Origin: Octopus sinensis
Lineage: Eukaryota
Reading direction: 5' to 3'
Length of the DNA: 35,664 nt
NCBI RefSeq assembly: GCF_006345805.1
Contig: NW_021828094.1
Location: 1-35,664 of the forward strand
Shown here: positions 1 to 11,145 of the stretch, piece after piece
Layout: every line of letters starts with the position of its first letter
How positions within the stretch are numbered: the first letter of the stretch is position 1
Made by a program: the position numbers and the translations under genes
Notes under the pieces: generated by a model
What the model was told of the DNA's origin: nothing
What the model saw: the letters and a program-made list of their open reading frames with translations, nothing else
Databases searched by the model: none

Positions 1-234
1 TCATAGCATAAGAACAGTCGTCTCCAAGACTGTGATATCCTTTTGGTATATTATGATATTAATAGACATGTAGCCTTCAAATTCCACTTTCATTGCTTCC
101 TTCACCTTAGTCTCATTAATGATCAAGATGTCAGACTTCGCTGAAGATAGGAAGAGCCTCAGCTCCGGTGCCCACTCCCTTGCAAGACGGGAACTTGAAA
201 GGACTGATGATAAGCCGTAAAGCTGAAAATTCAT
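1..234 (-). mobile_element. Degenerate N-terminal AP-endonuclease (APE) fragment of a LINE-type retrotransposon
   Basis: Translation ELRLFLSSAKSDILIINETKVKEAMKVEFEGY resembles the D-I-I-x-L-N-E-T-K...F-x-G-Y start of LINE ORF2 APE domains; appears internally deleted and is cut by the window edge. Confidence 0.35.
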
Positions 235-1288
235 TATATATAAACGAATAAATAGTTTTATTAATAAATATTAAATTTTTGTTATAATAGAACAATACAA
301 TGTTAATGATATTCACTGAATTAATCACTTTTATGATATACTAGGTTAATCGTGACTATTTATGGAACAAAAACATATGTTTTAAAAGATGCAGCCATTG
401 CCGTCACATTATCAGTTAATTACTCCAAATACATTTTTGTAGATTCTAGATTTGGTAACATTTGGAATTTCTCTTTCTATTACTGAAAAAAAACGCTAAT
501 TTATGTGCAAATATATTTTTACTGTTATGGATATTCGTCACAACATTTATATTTGTTATTATTTATTCTTTTGGACTTGAAAAGAAATTAATCCCGGATT
601 ATTATCTAAAGGAGTTATATATGTATTTTACTTATAGCAATTACTGTTCCTCTCATTAAATTCAACATTTTGGTAATTGTCATCGCGATTTTTATTCGGT
701 TTACAAAAATCATTCTAATTGGTTATCGCACTGACGGTATTTTTTGAATGATAAAAATAGATTCTATGTATTCTTCAAATAGTCTACAGAATTTTTCTAC
801 TAATAATTCTTTTAAAAAATTGGAATAGACTACTAATGAATTGTTAATTATATGATATTTAATTTGAATTTAGTAATAAAAATCAAATAAACTAATAAAT
901 ATAACAAAAATTAACTTCACCACCAAAGTCTGTACCACCAAAGCAGAGTGGAAAAGCTTAAAAGCGGAAAGCTTCAACTTCACCCGATTTTCAAAATCAA
1001 GACTTGCAAATGGCTTCTTTCTGAAATCAGACCACAGATCTCCAGAAAATATATATTTTTAATTTAGATAATACAGTAAAACCTCTGGTGCTCGCCATTT
1101 TCGGGACCGAAGAAAAAATGGCGAGCAATAGAATTTGGCGAGCAATGGAAATAATCAATAAATTTTTTGACTTTGAAATTTTGAAAACATCTCGGTTTTC
1201 GATACTTTCCGATCATAAGTGAGCCTTCCAACTCATATTTGAGCAAAGAAACAAAGAGAATCGAAAGAAATTAAAAGGAAAAAATTAA

Positions 1289-2340
1289 CTAAAAAATCTT
1301 TAATAGTTTTTTTAATTCAGCCATATTTCTAATAACGGTGTAGATTAGTTCCAACGAATTTATATCAAAATTTTCATTTTGATAAAAGAATGACTTTATT
1401 CTTTTCATCAAAGCTTCTTCTGAATTCACATGAGATTCGTCATTATGAGTATCTTCATCGTCATATTTTTGTGGGAAAGAATCTCCAGCAATATTAAGGT
1501 AATCTTCAATTTCATCTATTTTGGTAAATTCATAATTAATAAAATCATCTTTATCCACCGGGTCCAATATTTTCAAGATATTTACCATTTGATCATAATT
1601 ATCAACTTCAACGTTGGTCTTTCGAGTTGATTTTCACATTCGATCCATTTCGAATGTCCGAAACAATTTGTAATTGTTTTGGTCGTTACTTTTTTCCAGG
1701 CAAAATATGTAAAAAGAAGACCGTCCTTTAAGGTTAATTTTTTTATGAGCTTCCAGTGGATTTTCTCCATTTTCAATTTTTTCTAACATAAACTCAAATT
1801 TAAGTTTATTAAAATGTCCTTTGAAGGATCTAATGATTCCTTGATCCATTGGTTGTAGAATTGTTGTAGTCTTCGAAGGTAGGTAAAGAACTTCAATTGA
1901 CTCTAAATCAGCGTAAAGTTGATGGGATGGGCATCGATCCACAACTAAAAGAATTTTTCGTTTTTTAGATGCCTATCCCATGTTAAAAGCCATTCGTTAA
2001 AAATTTTACTTGTCATCCATGCTTTTGGTGAATGACAGTAATCGACAAAATTTTCGACTTTAAAATTTTTAAAGCAGCGAGGTTTCTGGAACTTTCCAAT
2101 CATAAGTGGAATTTTTTGTCTGTCCCAGTCATATTTGAGCATAGCAACAAAGAAAATCTGAAAAATAAATAAAAATTAAACCGTTCTTTAAGGATTTTAT
2201 GTCCATATCGAACCTTCTGACAAACACTTTTTAAAGGGATCGATTTGTAAAAAATCCCAGTTTCATCAGCGTTATAAATGTTTTCAGCATTATATTGTTG
2301 AATCTTTGCAGAGATCAAAGAAGTAAATGCATCAATTTCT
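1289..2340 (-). pseudogene. pogo/Tigger DDE_1 transposase, frameshifted, N-terminal DNA-binding region largely missing
   Basis: Motifs are spread over four ORFs (2100-2318, 1945-2142, 1634-1942, 1582-1776) plus an acidic tail (1289-1588). Confidence 0.8.
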
Positions 2341-2402
2341 TGTTTCTGATCAACTTTTATATAAAAAATAGTTTAAACAAAAAAAATATTATTAAAAATT
2401 AA

Positions 2403-2536
2403 TGGCGAGATTTAGAAAATGGCGAGCAATAGAATATTTATCAAAATTTACTAGAAATTTTTAATTTTTTGAAAAATATGTGGCGAGCAATAGAGGTGGC
2501 GAGTAACAGAGGTGGCGAGCACCAGAGGTTTTACTG
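2403..2536. repeat. Subterminal TGGCGAGCAATAGA-type repeats of the pogo element (likely transposase-binding sites)
   Basis: Copies at 2403, 2420, 2481, 2497 and 2513, plus 1119 and 1136 at the other end; core shared with the TIR. Confidence 0.8.
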
Positions 2537-2599
2537 TATTGATATGTGTATATTTGCGAGTTCTTCCTTAGTCTCTTTGACAGAATAAAAATGACTATT

Positions 2600-2860
2600 T
2601 TTTCGCGTGAAGGTATATATTTTCGCAGATATATTGTCATATAATAAGGACTTTGTTATTTAAAACGATGTCGTTTCTTGATATTACTAAGTCGTCCACG
2701 TTGAATCGTTTTTTTCCGAGTATCTTTGTAGATCCACGAGATCAACAATATACCTGTTCCGTGGCGCATAAGCAAATATAGTGTAATAAGAGGTTTATAT
2801 CGCATTAACTGTTTAGACTACAAATTAAATTACTTATCTTGCCTGGCAAAGAACGCACTG
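2600..2860 (-). mobile_element. Degenerate rve (DDE) integrase remnant, Ginger/Polinton-like
   Basis: Minus-strand translation AYAPRNRYIVDLVDLQRYSEKNDS resembles the first-Asp region of rve integrases (x-D-L-V-D-L/M); disrupted by stops. Confidence 0.4.
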
Positions 2861-3939
2861 TCAGATAATTTTACAAACTTGCAGTCTTTTTATTCCATAG
2901 CTAATGAAATAAGAAGCTTATCTCTACCAAAATGGTCAGAATTGTGACAGCCTTGAAATTTTAATCACTACGTTTTATTCAATAGTTTTCATTTTTAATT
3001 TAGCTTTGTCAGATGCAAAGAACCTCAAAAGTTTCCCTTTTCAAAAATAAAAGCTTTTTCCTTGTCAAGTAGCTAAATCTTTAAGAAACTTCCCATGCGA
3101 CAGTGTTCGTTCTATGATAATCCTTTATCTAAACAGGCTTATCATAAATTTTAATTTTTGAAATAATTTCTCTTCATAATCCAATAAAAACCTCTGAAAT
3201 GTGTTATTTATACTTAGTTATTGATTTTTGCTCGAATTAATTAACGAATTGATTTTCCAATGAAAAAATAAGATGATTTTTTATTAAAAATACAACTCGA
3301 GTTCGACCTCTACAAGGTAAAATCACTTTTGAGATTTTGAAAGATTAAAAAAGAAGTCTACGCTAATTCGACGTATATTTTAAAAAATTATATCGTTTTA
3401 TCCGCATTTAAACAGAATTCATATTATTTTTAGATAAATTTTTATTATTAATAAACATTTTTAAAATATTTTGTAATAAAATTAGTAAAATTGAATATAT
3501 CCTTGGACAAACAAGCATCGCCCTTTTAAATTAGTAAATATCAAGAACCAGTTCGTTGAGTCGAAACAGCTAAAAAGGTGAAATAATCTTCTGTCGTTAT
3601 AACTGCTTAATTTCTTATTTTTTACTAATTATTTATATTTAATAAATTATTAGTTTATTGTATGTTTTGATTGAATGGTTGTCCTAAATCATTAGTCATA
3701 CTATTTATTCAATTATCATTAATAGTGAATATTCAATTTCTCAAATTTTCACGAAAACGCGTAGATTATAAATTAGAACTCCCTTCACTGACGAATAATA
3801 CGTAAAAAGTATGCGGTTTTTTATTCTTTAATCATTTTCTTATCCTATTTTTTGACCTTGTCATTTTGACATTTTTAAATTTATATCATAGTTAAACGTT
3901 TTAAAAATATTTTACTAATGTTTTTAGTTATTATAAAGA

Positions 3940-4611
3940 ATGTCCTCACCGGTTGAGAGAAGTTATATTTTCTTCAACGAATTCCCCCTCCTCAAATTCA
4001 GTCAAAGCGTTTACAAATACAGAAGCAATTATCACAATACGAACAACAACTATTTTTTTCCTGAATGGTACCCTCCCGAACAGAGTCAGTTTGTAGCCCA
4101 GGAGTGCTTAAATCAGCCTCATTATTTGTATCCACCTCAGTTTGCTGACATGAGTTACTATGATTCATTTTTTTTGAATCAAAATTTTATTCCTACGAGG
4201 TTTATTCCTACAGACAATAATATCTTATCTGACTACTCAAACTTGTATTCTTCAGGAATAAATAGCAATGACCAAAATTATGCCGGGATGAGTTATGATC
4301 TGTCGTGTCAAGATAAAACGAGTACTCACTATGATCAGAATTTATCAAATTGTCAAATTCCTAAATACGAAACTTTTCCAAAGGAAACTGAAAAAATTGA
4401 GAAGCGCAGACTTTCGAATAAATTGGCAGCTCGTCGTTGTCGTCTTAAAAAATTTGAGTATATAAAGCAATTGGATGGTAAAATTCAATTATATGACAAT
4501 TATATAAAAAATGTTGAACAAATCGAAGATTCTTTGCCCGAAGAAGAAACTTTGTTGAAGTCGGTTTTTGCAGTTTTGAAATCTAAATTGTCTAACTTTT
4601 TACTTAAATAA
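3940..4611 (+). CDS. bZIP transcription factor, Jun/AP-1-like, intronless, 223 aa
   Basis: Basic region KIEKRRLSNKLAARRCRLKK (N-x7-R) followed by heptads L..Y..V..L..L..L ending LKSKL (cf. Jun LKQKV); N-terminus is Q/N/Y/P-rich. Confidence 0.8.
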   Translation: MSSPVERSYIFFNEFPLLKFSQSVYKYRSNYHNTNNNYFFPEWYPPEQSQFVAQECLNQPHYLYPPQFADMSYYDSFFLNQNFIPTRFIPTDNNILSDYSNLYSSGINSNDQNYAGMSYDLSCQDKTSTHYDQNLSNCQIPKYETFPKETEKIEKRRLSNKLAARRCRLKKFEYIKQLDGKIQLYDNYIKNVEQIEDSLPEEETLLKSVFAVLKSKLSNFLLK

Positions 4612-4836
4612 TTATTTTAATTTGTTTTTTAAACCTTTCTAAAAATGATTTTTTAACAAAATTCGTTATTTTCACAAAATATGTTACAAAGATAAAAATC
4701 AATTCTCAAATTCTGATGGACATCCATTTAACAAAAAGTAAGCCATTCTACTCATTTAATTCAATCGAGTTGATTACTTTTTGAGAAATTTCATAAATCA
4801 CGTTTCGGGAATTCAACTCACCAGATTTAATTAAAA

Positions 4837-4912
4837 TGAGTCGGATGACTCACTTTTGAATATTCTAGTGTTCACAGATCTGAAATGACTCATTTTATAA
4901 GAATACGAGTCA
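4837..4912. promoter_or_regulatory. Cluster of AP-1-type sites
   Basis: TGACTCA at 4846 and 4886; one-mismatch sites TGAGTCG at 4837 and CGAGTCA at 4906. Function not shown. Confidence 0.3.
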
Positions 4913-5987
4913 CAGATCGAGTCCGATCTCCATAGAAATCCTGAATTCTAGATGGCGACATTTTGGCCAGATATTAAGACTGGGCAGTTTCACTCTGCCA
5001 AACATCGGGATAGAAATCTATTTAATCCAACCCGAAGGGGTATTCTGTGGAAATCCCAGAGTCACCCTACCTGCCGGATTAAACCAAGATTTAGCAAAAC
5101 TAAACAGAAAACTGCAAAATATAGAGAATCTCGATGTCTAAAAGCATTAGCAAGTAACAAGGGGGCCATGAAAACACATGTGCAAAAGGATATTAATCGT
5201 GGAATAGGAAAACTAGTTTATGATAGTTAAGTTTATGATTTGCGTAAGTGACAAATAATAATAATAATTCAAACAGCAAAAATAATTGTAATTCTAGGTC
5301 ATTTTTGAGGCACAAAAAAGATTACAATTTTTTATTCGCATTTCTCCTGCCATTTCTATTTTATCTGAATGTCTTCTAATTCTGAATACTAGTATCACAA
5401 ATTTTACGTGATGATTAGTGACATTGACACGTTTTTAAGTTATTCGTATAAAATAAATTTTGCAAAGTCTGCTACCAATTGCTAATGACATCATGAAAAC
5501 ATACTTTGGGTCTTCTTCGAGACAGGCCACGGACGACACTACCACTGAGCATAAATAATGAACTAAAGCATGCCGGATTTTTACTAAAAATAGAGATGCC
5601 CTAGACAGCCTTCGAAAAATAGCAATCTCAAGAGGGTGTGTCTAACAGACAAAATCGTCCAGGATTTAGCACAAGGGGAAAAAACATTATTAATTCCTTA
5701 TTCTCGCGAATGTGCTAATAATTATCCCTCTGTCTTGGAAATTTCAAAATTTCTTCTGAGACTCGTTTTTGGTTTTAATCTGTCAGCAAATTCATTCTTT
5801 TAAAATCTATATCGACGCTACTAATAGTTTTATATACAACCAGTGGGGGAGTGAATAAATAAACATCCACTCTCTGATTTCTACTGCAATTTTATTGGAT
5901 TTTTTCATGCTTTGACCAACAGAGGTTAATTAGCGTTTTATCGCAAAATATTCGACAACATAGTAAATTAAGAGTGAAAAATGAGTG

Positions 5988-7107
5988 TTAGAAGGTGGGA
6001 ATGTAATTGTCCATTTTATTGGTGTTCCCGTGAGTAATGCACTCACATATCCAACTAATGTTCCTGATTTCCTGTTCCTTCAGCCGGACAAACGAATAAA
6101 ACACGGAAAAACTGAACTGATTCATGAAGGAATTGACATTCAGTTGCACCTCATGTTCCAACAACTTTTCCTCCAAGTCCTTACTCCCATCCTCGAAAAT
6201 AAGTCGGTAGTCCTACGCTCGGGAACACAACCAACCGCATAAATGTCGGCCACCGAGCGCACCTGGTCGTAGGTGTCAGCCATGGCCAGGCGCATGTACC
6301 CAAACGGGGACAGTCGGCCACAGTTGGGATACAATCTGAATCGGTCGTCCTTTGCCATTTCTGTGCGTCCGATGGAGTTTATTGTGATGAGAAAAACACG
6401 GCGGTCGGCCTCGAACTGCAATATTTCCTCCATCACTTGACGAGTCACTGAATCGAGAGTCCCCACATATTTATAAAAGTCCTCCAAATAGGCCTTGTAC
6501 AGGGCATTCCGAATAATCTCAATGTTGGTCTCGTCCAAGTCCTGTTCCGACAGACACCCCGCAAAGTAGGGACCTACGTGAATCAAGCGACCCGACCCAG
6601 AGGAGTGTCCACCATTATGCTCCTGTACAAATCTTCGGATGAGGTAGCCAAGTGAACTGCCCCCATTTCGAGGAAACTGCCAAGGGGGTGACACTTTGGG
6701 AGAAGCTCGGCGATTGGGACGTCGTGTACTACGCCTGTGATGAGGAGGACGACATTCTCGATCATGTACCCATACCTGCCTTATCACTCACCACTACGTT
6801 ATGTAGTCCAGGAACCGACTGAGTTGGCCTGTGGCGTGACTCCGAATGTAGTTGAATTGCGTCACAAAACTTTCTTGCAGTTTTTCTTCTATTTCGTTTA
6901 CGTCCAGCACGTCCAGCTTGGAAATGGCCGTTTGATAGTCTGTTTCCTGGAGGTGGAGTTTTACGTCTAAGTGGGCACAGGTTGGGTACCTTCGAGGTTT
7001 TCCGACTGCATCAGATTCTGGTAGTCCGACCTGGTTAGAAGACCTGATTTGAATCCCCGAACAATTCCTTCCAAATATCCGTAGTGAATGTTAAACGTGC
7101 AGCTCAT
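5988..7107 (-). CDS. ATP6V0D1: V-type proton ATPase V0 subunit d, 342 aa, 5 exons
   Basis: [24 protein letters not shown]...[20 protein letters not shown]...[17 protein letters not shown]...[16 protein letters not shown]; the frame is restored by GT-AG introns at 6967-6989 (23 nt), 6776-6797 (22), 6574-6596 (23) and 6213-6235 (23). Confidence 0.97.
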
Positions 7108-7607
7108 TCTAACACTGCTAATTAATTCTATCAAACCACAAAATGTTTATTAAATCGATTCTAATTCTATTTTATTTATCCCAATGAGCCAACTATTTTT
7201 CATCAAACAAACTAATTATTTTATTTGTGCAAATCTGGTTAGTTTTCTGCACGAAAGGAATGTGAATCCTTTATTTTTTAGTTCAAAAAATAACGCAGGG
7301 AACATAGCATAACATCATTTCGTGACCTGTCTGTAAAAGTGCAGAAAAATATATTTAATTGACAATGCTAGCAGTTGGTGGTATTCTTAGTGAGGCTTCC
7401 AAGTGGCACTTAGGAATACACTGCTGGCTGTACCACTCAATAAATTAATTAAATATCAATTCTCCGTGATTTAACAACCTGTCTTATCTGATCATGAGTT
7501 GTTGACACTGTCCGGACAATGTAGGCCTGTTTCCTCGATTTGCTGACATCCGGTCAAAACAATGCCATTTTCACCAAATTATCACATGATAAAATCAACA
7601 CTAATAT

Positions 7608-8419
7608 TCATATATTATTCCAATTTTTAAAAGGTTTAACATCAAGTGAGTAGTCCCCTTTTTCCATTCGTTCCAAACAGACTTTCTGGTCCTCTTGGAA
7701 GTATTTGTTTGACTCAACATCTAAAAGTAGTGACTCCTCTTTGTTTGGTTCGTCCGGGGCATTTTTTTCTTTCTCCTTGATATACTTCTTGTACTTGTAG
7801 CGATGGTTTTGGAACCATATTTTTACTTGTGTTGTTGTCAGGTTTATGCTTTTGGCCAACTGTTCCCTTTCGGGGGCCGACAAGTACTTTTGAGATCGAA
7901 AACGTGTCTCCAACTCTGCGTTTTGAGCGGGGGTGAACAAATTCCTTCTCTTTCGCTTGGGGATGCTTGAATTGCTTATTTTCAACGACTCGTGTGGTCT
8001 GTACATGATGGGTTGTGTATTCATGCCTACATGTTTAAAAACATGCAATCTGACTGTTAGAGTAGTTATGCATAAAATTGTGGAATTGGGAGTTGATTGG
8101 CTGTACTTGGTAAGGGTATCGGTAATCATCTATATTCCTTTATTAGTAAAACAATACAAGAAAAACTGCCTTCCAGGGGCCCGTTTTTTCGATTGTCGAG
8201 AGTACAGTAGTGGAAGTCCTGGTAGTAGTTGGTAGGAGGCATATTATGGTAGTTGAAGGGTGTGATAGCATATTCGTTGGAAGGGGGAAAGTCCGTCGAG
8301 TATGAGGGCATTAGGGGATAATTCTGACTGCGCGGTACGGAATTGAACAAATTGTTATCCGTTGAGTTGTTGAGACGTTTTGAGTTTTGAGAAAACAAAT
8401 TATGAGAGCTTGTCGACAT
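7608..8419 (-). CDS. NKX2: NK2-class (NK2.1/2.2-like) homeobox transcription factor, ~251 aa, 3 exons
   Basis: Homeodomain [58 protein letters not shown] with the NK2-diagnostic Tyr54; two 28-nt GT-AG introns (8130-8157, 8027-8054) join the pieces in frame. Confidence 0.92.
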
Positions 8420-8715
8420 TATTTGGTGCACTCTCGACGTTTCTTAATTGTTATCAACCGTCGCCAATATTTCTTAACTAATTTATGAACGCTACGTGTT
8501 CCGCATGTATTATACTCTGCTGAATATCAGTCGTGGACAAAAATTGTTCACTCATCACACATTATTGAATGGTTTCCTCAATTAATCCAAACGGAATGAG
8601 GACACGAATAATAAATTTGATAATCCCGTGGAGATTTTTTGGGTGAATCCGTAATAAAAAGAGGTGGAAGATTATATTTTTTAATTTAAAATAAATTATC
8701 AGAGTGTTTGGTGTG

Positions 8716-11137
8716 ATGTCCTCGAAAATAAGAAGCATTCGAATATATTCGACAATAAACGTATCCGAAAGTGTTATTACCCCAGAATGTGGTCTGTGTG
8801 GGGTCGGAAGGCACGGTGGAGGACAAATACTGGGTACTGACTATCAACAGAAACGTCAGCCAAGACATGCTATTGGACTCAATGGAGGTACAGATATATA
8901 TAATAAATTCAAGGATCGACAATTCAATCGCAGAGAACTCAACCACGTACTCAGGAAACACAAAGTAGAGTTCAAGGCAGAGGGAGGAGACAGTTGAGTG
9001 ACCATGACTGGTTGTAGAAGCCCTTCTGGCGTTCGGAATTCTGGGCTTTATCAAACTGGCGGACGGGTTCTACATGCTCGTAGTGACCAGGCGTTCGTAC
9101 GTGGGGGATATTGGCCACCACAAAGTGTACAGCATTGCCCATGTGGAGAATATTTACATTTCCAACACGTTCAATATTGTCCAGAGCAGGACGGAGAAAA
9201 AGTGATTTTGTGAGAATATTGCAGACTGTACAATTTGTTTAGTTCGGTGGACTTGACATGCCATTTTTACTTTTCCTACACCTACGACATGACCAATTCT
9301 TACCAACACAACAATCTTCACAACCAGCCTGCCAAACAGTTTATGTGGAATGGATTTCTCCTTAAACATCTCCGTAGTCCCATTTGGCGTCTCACCCTCG
9401 TCCACGGATTCTTCAGGGAGTACAGTATGCCACTCTGCTCACATAGGAATTCACATATACGGAATCACACTGTCCATTGCTCTCCTCGCTCGAAGGTCGG
9501 CTCGATTTGCAGGCACAAGGTATCTTCGACGAGGCAGTGACGGACGAGTACGTTTAGCTACTCACATTCAGGGCAATGTAGCCAATCAAGTAGAAATCGA
9601 ACATATTGTGTGTGACAGGTCTGTGGGTCTCCGAATTTCTTCTTTTGTTCAAATCAGGGGGTCAGTCCCACTTGTTTGGATGCAAGATTACAACACTGCC
9701 GGGAAAAGACCTCCCATTACTCGTACTTTCACTTTTCCTCAAAATAGTCTCCGTTTGTGATCCTCGATTCACTCTCACTGCTCGCCACTTTAATAAATTG
9801 CTGTACAGATTTGGATGTCCTCTTATTGTTCTCGACCTTGTTCGCAGAAACGTGACTTCCGACGAGTCCCAGTTGGGGGATCAACTCGAATCGGCTGTAC
9901 AATACCTCAACCAATTCCTTCCGTCTGGAAACCGCATAGAAATCATACATTTCGACATGAAAAAGTATTAATCTATGTCTATCAGTACTCCTAATGAACT
10001 GGTCTTGGGAAGGTTGAGGATGCTGAGTCGCCAGATTGTGGACAGAACTAAATACTACGAGTGTATTGGACTGGACGAGCAGATGACACAATCCGGGGTT
10101 GTTCGCACTAACTGTGTCGACTGTCTTGACCGCACAAATATTGCCCAATTTGCCATCGGAAGATATGTTTTGGAACATCAGGCAATTGTTTCATTAATTA
10201 ATGCAGATATTTAATTTGGGGTTGATTTCCATCCCTCGGCTGCATCCTGAATCAATTTATTCTGTGTTTGCTTTTCTAATTTAATTATTTTAGAACGTTT
10301 GAGAAACTCTACGATGAAATGGGGGATGCACTTTCATTTCAGTACGCAGGCTCTGGTCTAGTGCACTACATTCGTTATTATTACATCCCCTCAGACATCA
10401 TATCCACGGCCACCGACATAATTCCCAATCTGTCACGATATTACAGCAACACATTCTTGGTATGTCTGCATTTAAGGAAGACTAGATAAAAAGAAACAAG
10501 CCTCTTTGGACTTGTTTTTGGGTTTATCATGCGAGGACTCGATTCCGCACTCCTCGGAAGAACAGGCGAATGACCCAGCAGCAAATACACGGAAATACTA
10601 CCGAGATTGTGCGTGGTTTGATCGTCAAATGCTTCAATATTTTCCACATTCCCCCTACCAAAGTGCTTGACTAATTGACTTGTAGTGACAAGAAATGAAT
10701 TGAATCCTCAAAGAGTGGAGAAAAGAACGGAGTTTCCATTGCTCTATTCGACCACGACATTTCTCGCTGAGCGATTCGTAAATGCAAAAGTTGTGAGGAC
10801 AAACTCCGAATTCAATGATTTTTACTCAAAAGTTGACAAAAAAGCAGAAATAAACAAACCGGCTTCCAAATTGGTGTGGACTGCTCTGCGGGTTGAGACT
10901 GGTGACTTGGAAATGCACAGAAAGTACTAGTTTGTGTCCCACGTCTCCAGTTATGTGGACGCGTCACGAAATGTGGTCAAATTCGACGACTGTGCCCTCC
11001 TCAAAAGCATACACAACTCATTTTCAGTCCCAGACTACAAACTGCACAAGAGAGGGGTACATAGTGGTGAAAAATTGCCACATGTCGACTCACATTCCAT
11101 GCTAATATACCGCACAACAATCAAAGTTAAACAATAA
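8716..11137 (+). CDS. FIG4: Polyphosphoinositide phosphatase FIG4/SAC3 (SAC domain), multi-exon
   Basis: [72 protein letters not shown], catalytic [21 protein letters not shown]; about 13 introns of 21-28 nt (e.g. 8761-8785, 8993-9017, 10266-10293). The last exon (to 11137) is less certain; the alternative stop is at 10930. Confidence 0.93.
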
Positions 11138-11145
11138 AGTAATAG

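Larger units (their letters stand above)
1074..2536 (-). mobile_element. pogo/Tigger-family DNA transposon (1463 bp), defective
   Basis: Perfect 24-bp TIRs CAGTAAAACCTCTGGTGCTCGCCA (1074-1097, 2513-2536) flanked by TA on both sides; internal minus-strand DDE_1 transposase pieces (IYNADETGIFYK, MIGKFQKPRCFKN, SPKAWMTSKIFNEWL, DRCPSH, YLPSKTTTILQPMDQGIIRSFK). Confidence 0.92.

Noticed and set aside
462-659. Small hydrophobic ORF
   Set aside because: F/I/L/Y-rich translation of very AT-rich DNA; no homology or splice support.
2403-2536. CRISPR-like or satellite array of TGGCGAG repeats
   Set aside because: The repeats are transposon subterminal motifs sharing the TIR core; there are no unique spacers and the context is eukaryotic.
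4952-5230. 92-aa ORF downstream of the bZIP gene
   Set aside because: No recognisable motifs; cannot be supported as a gene.
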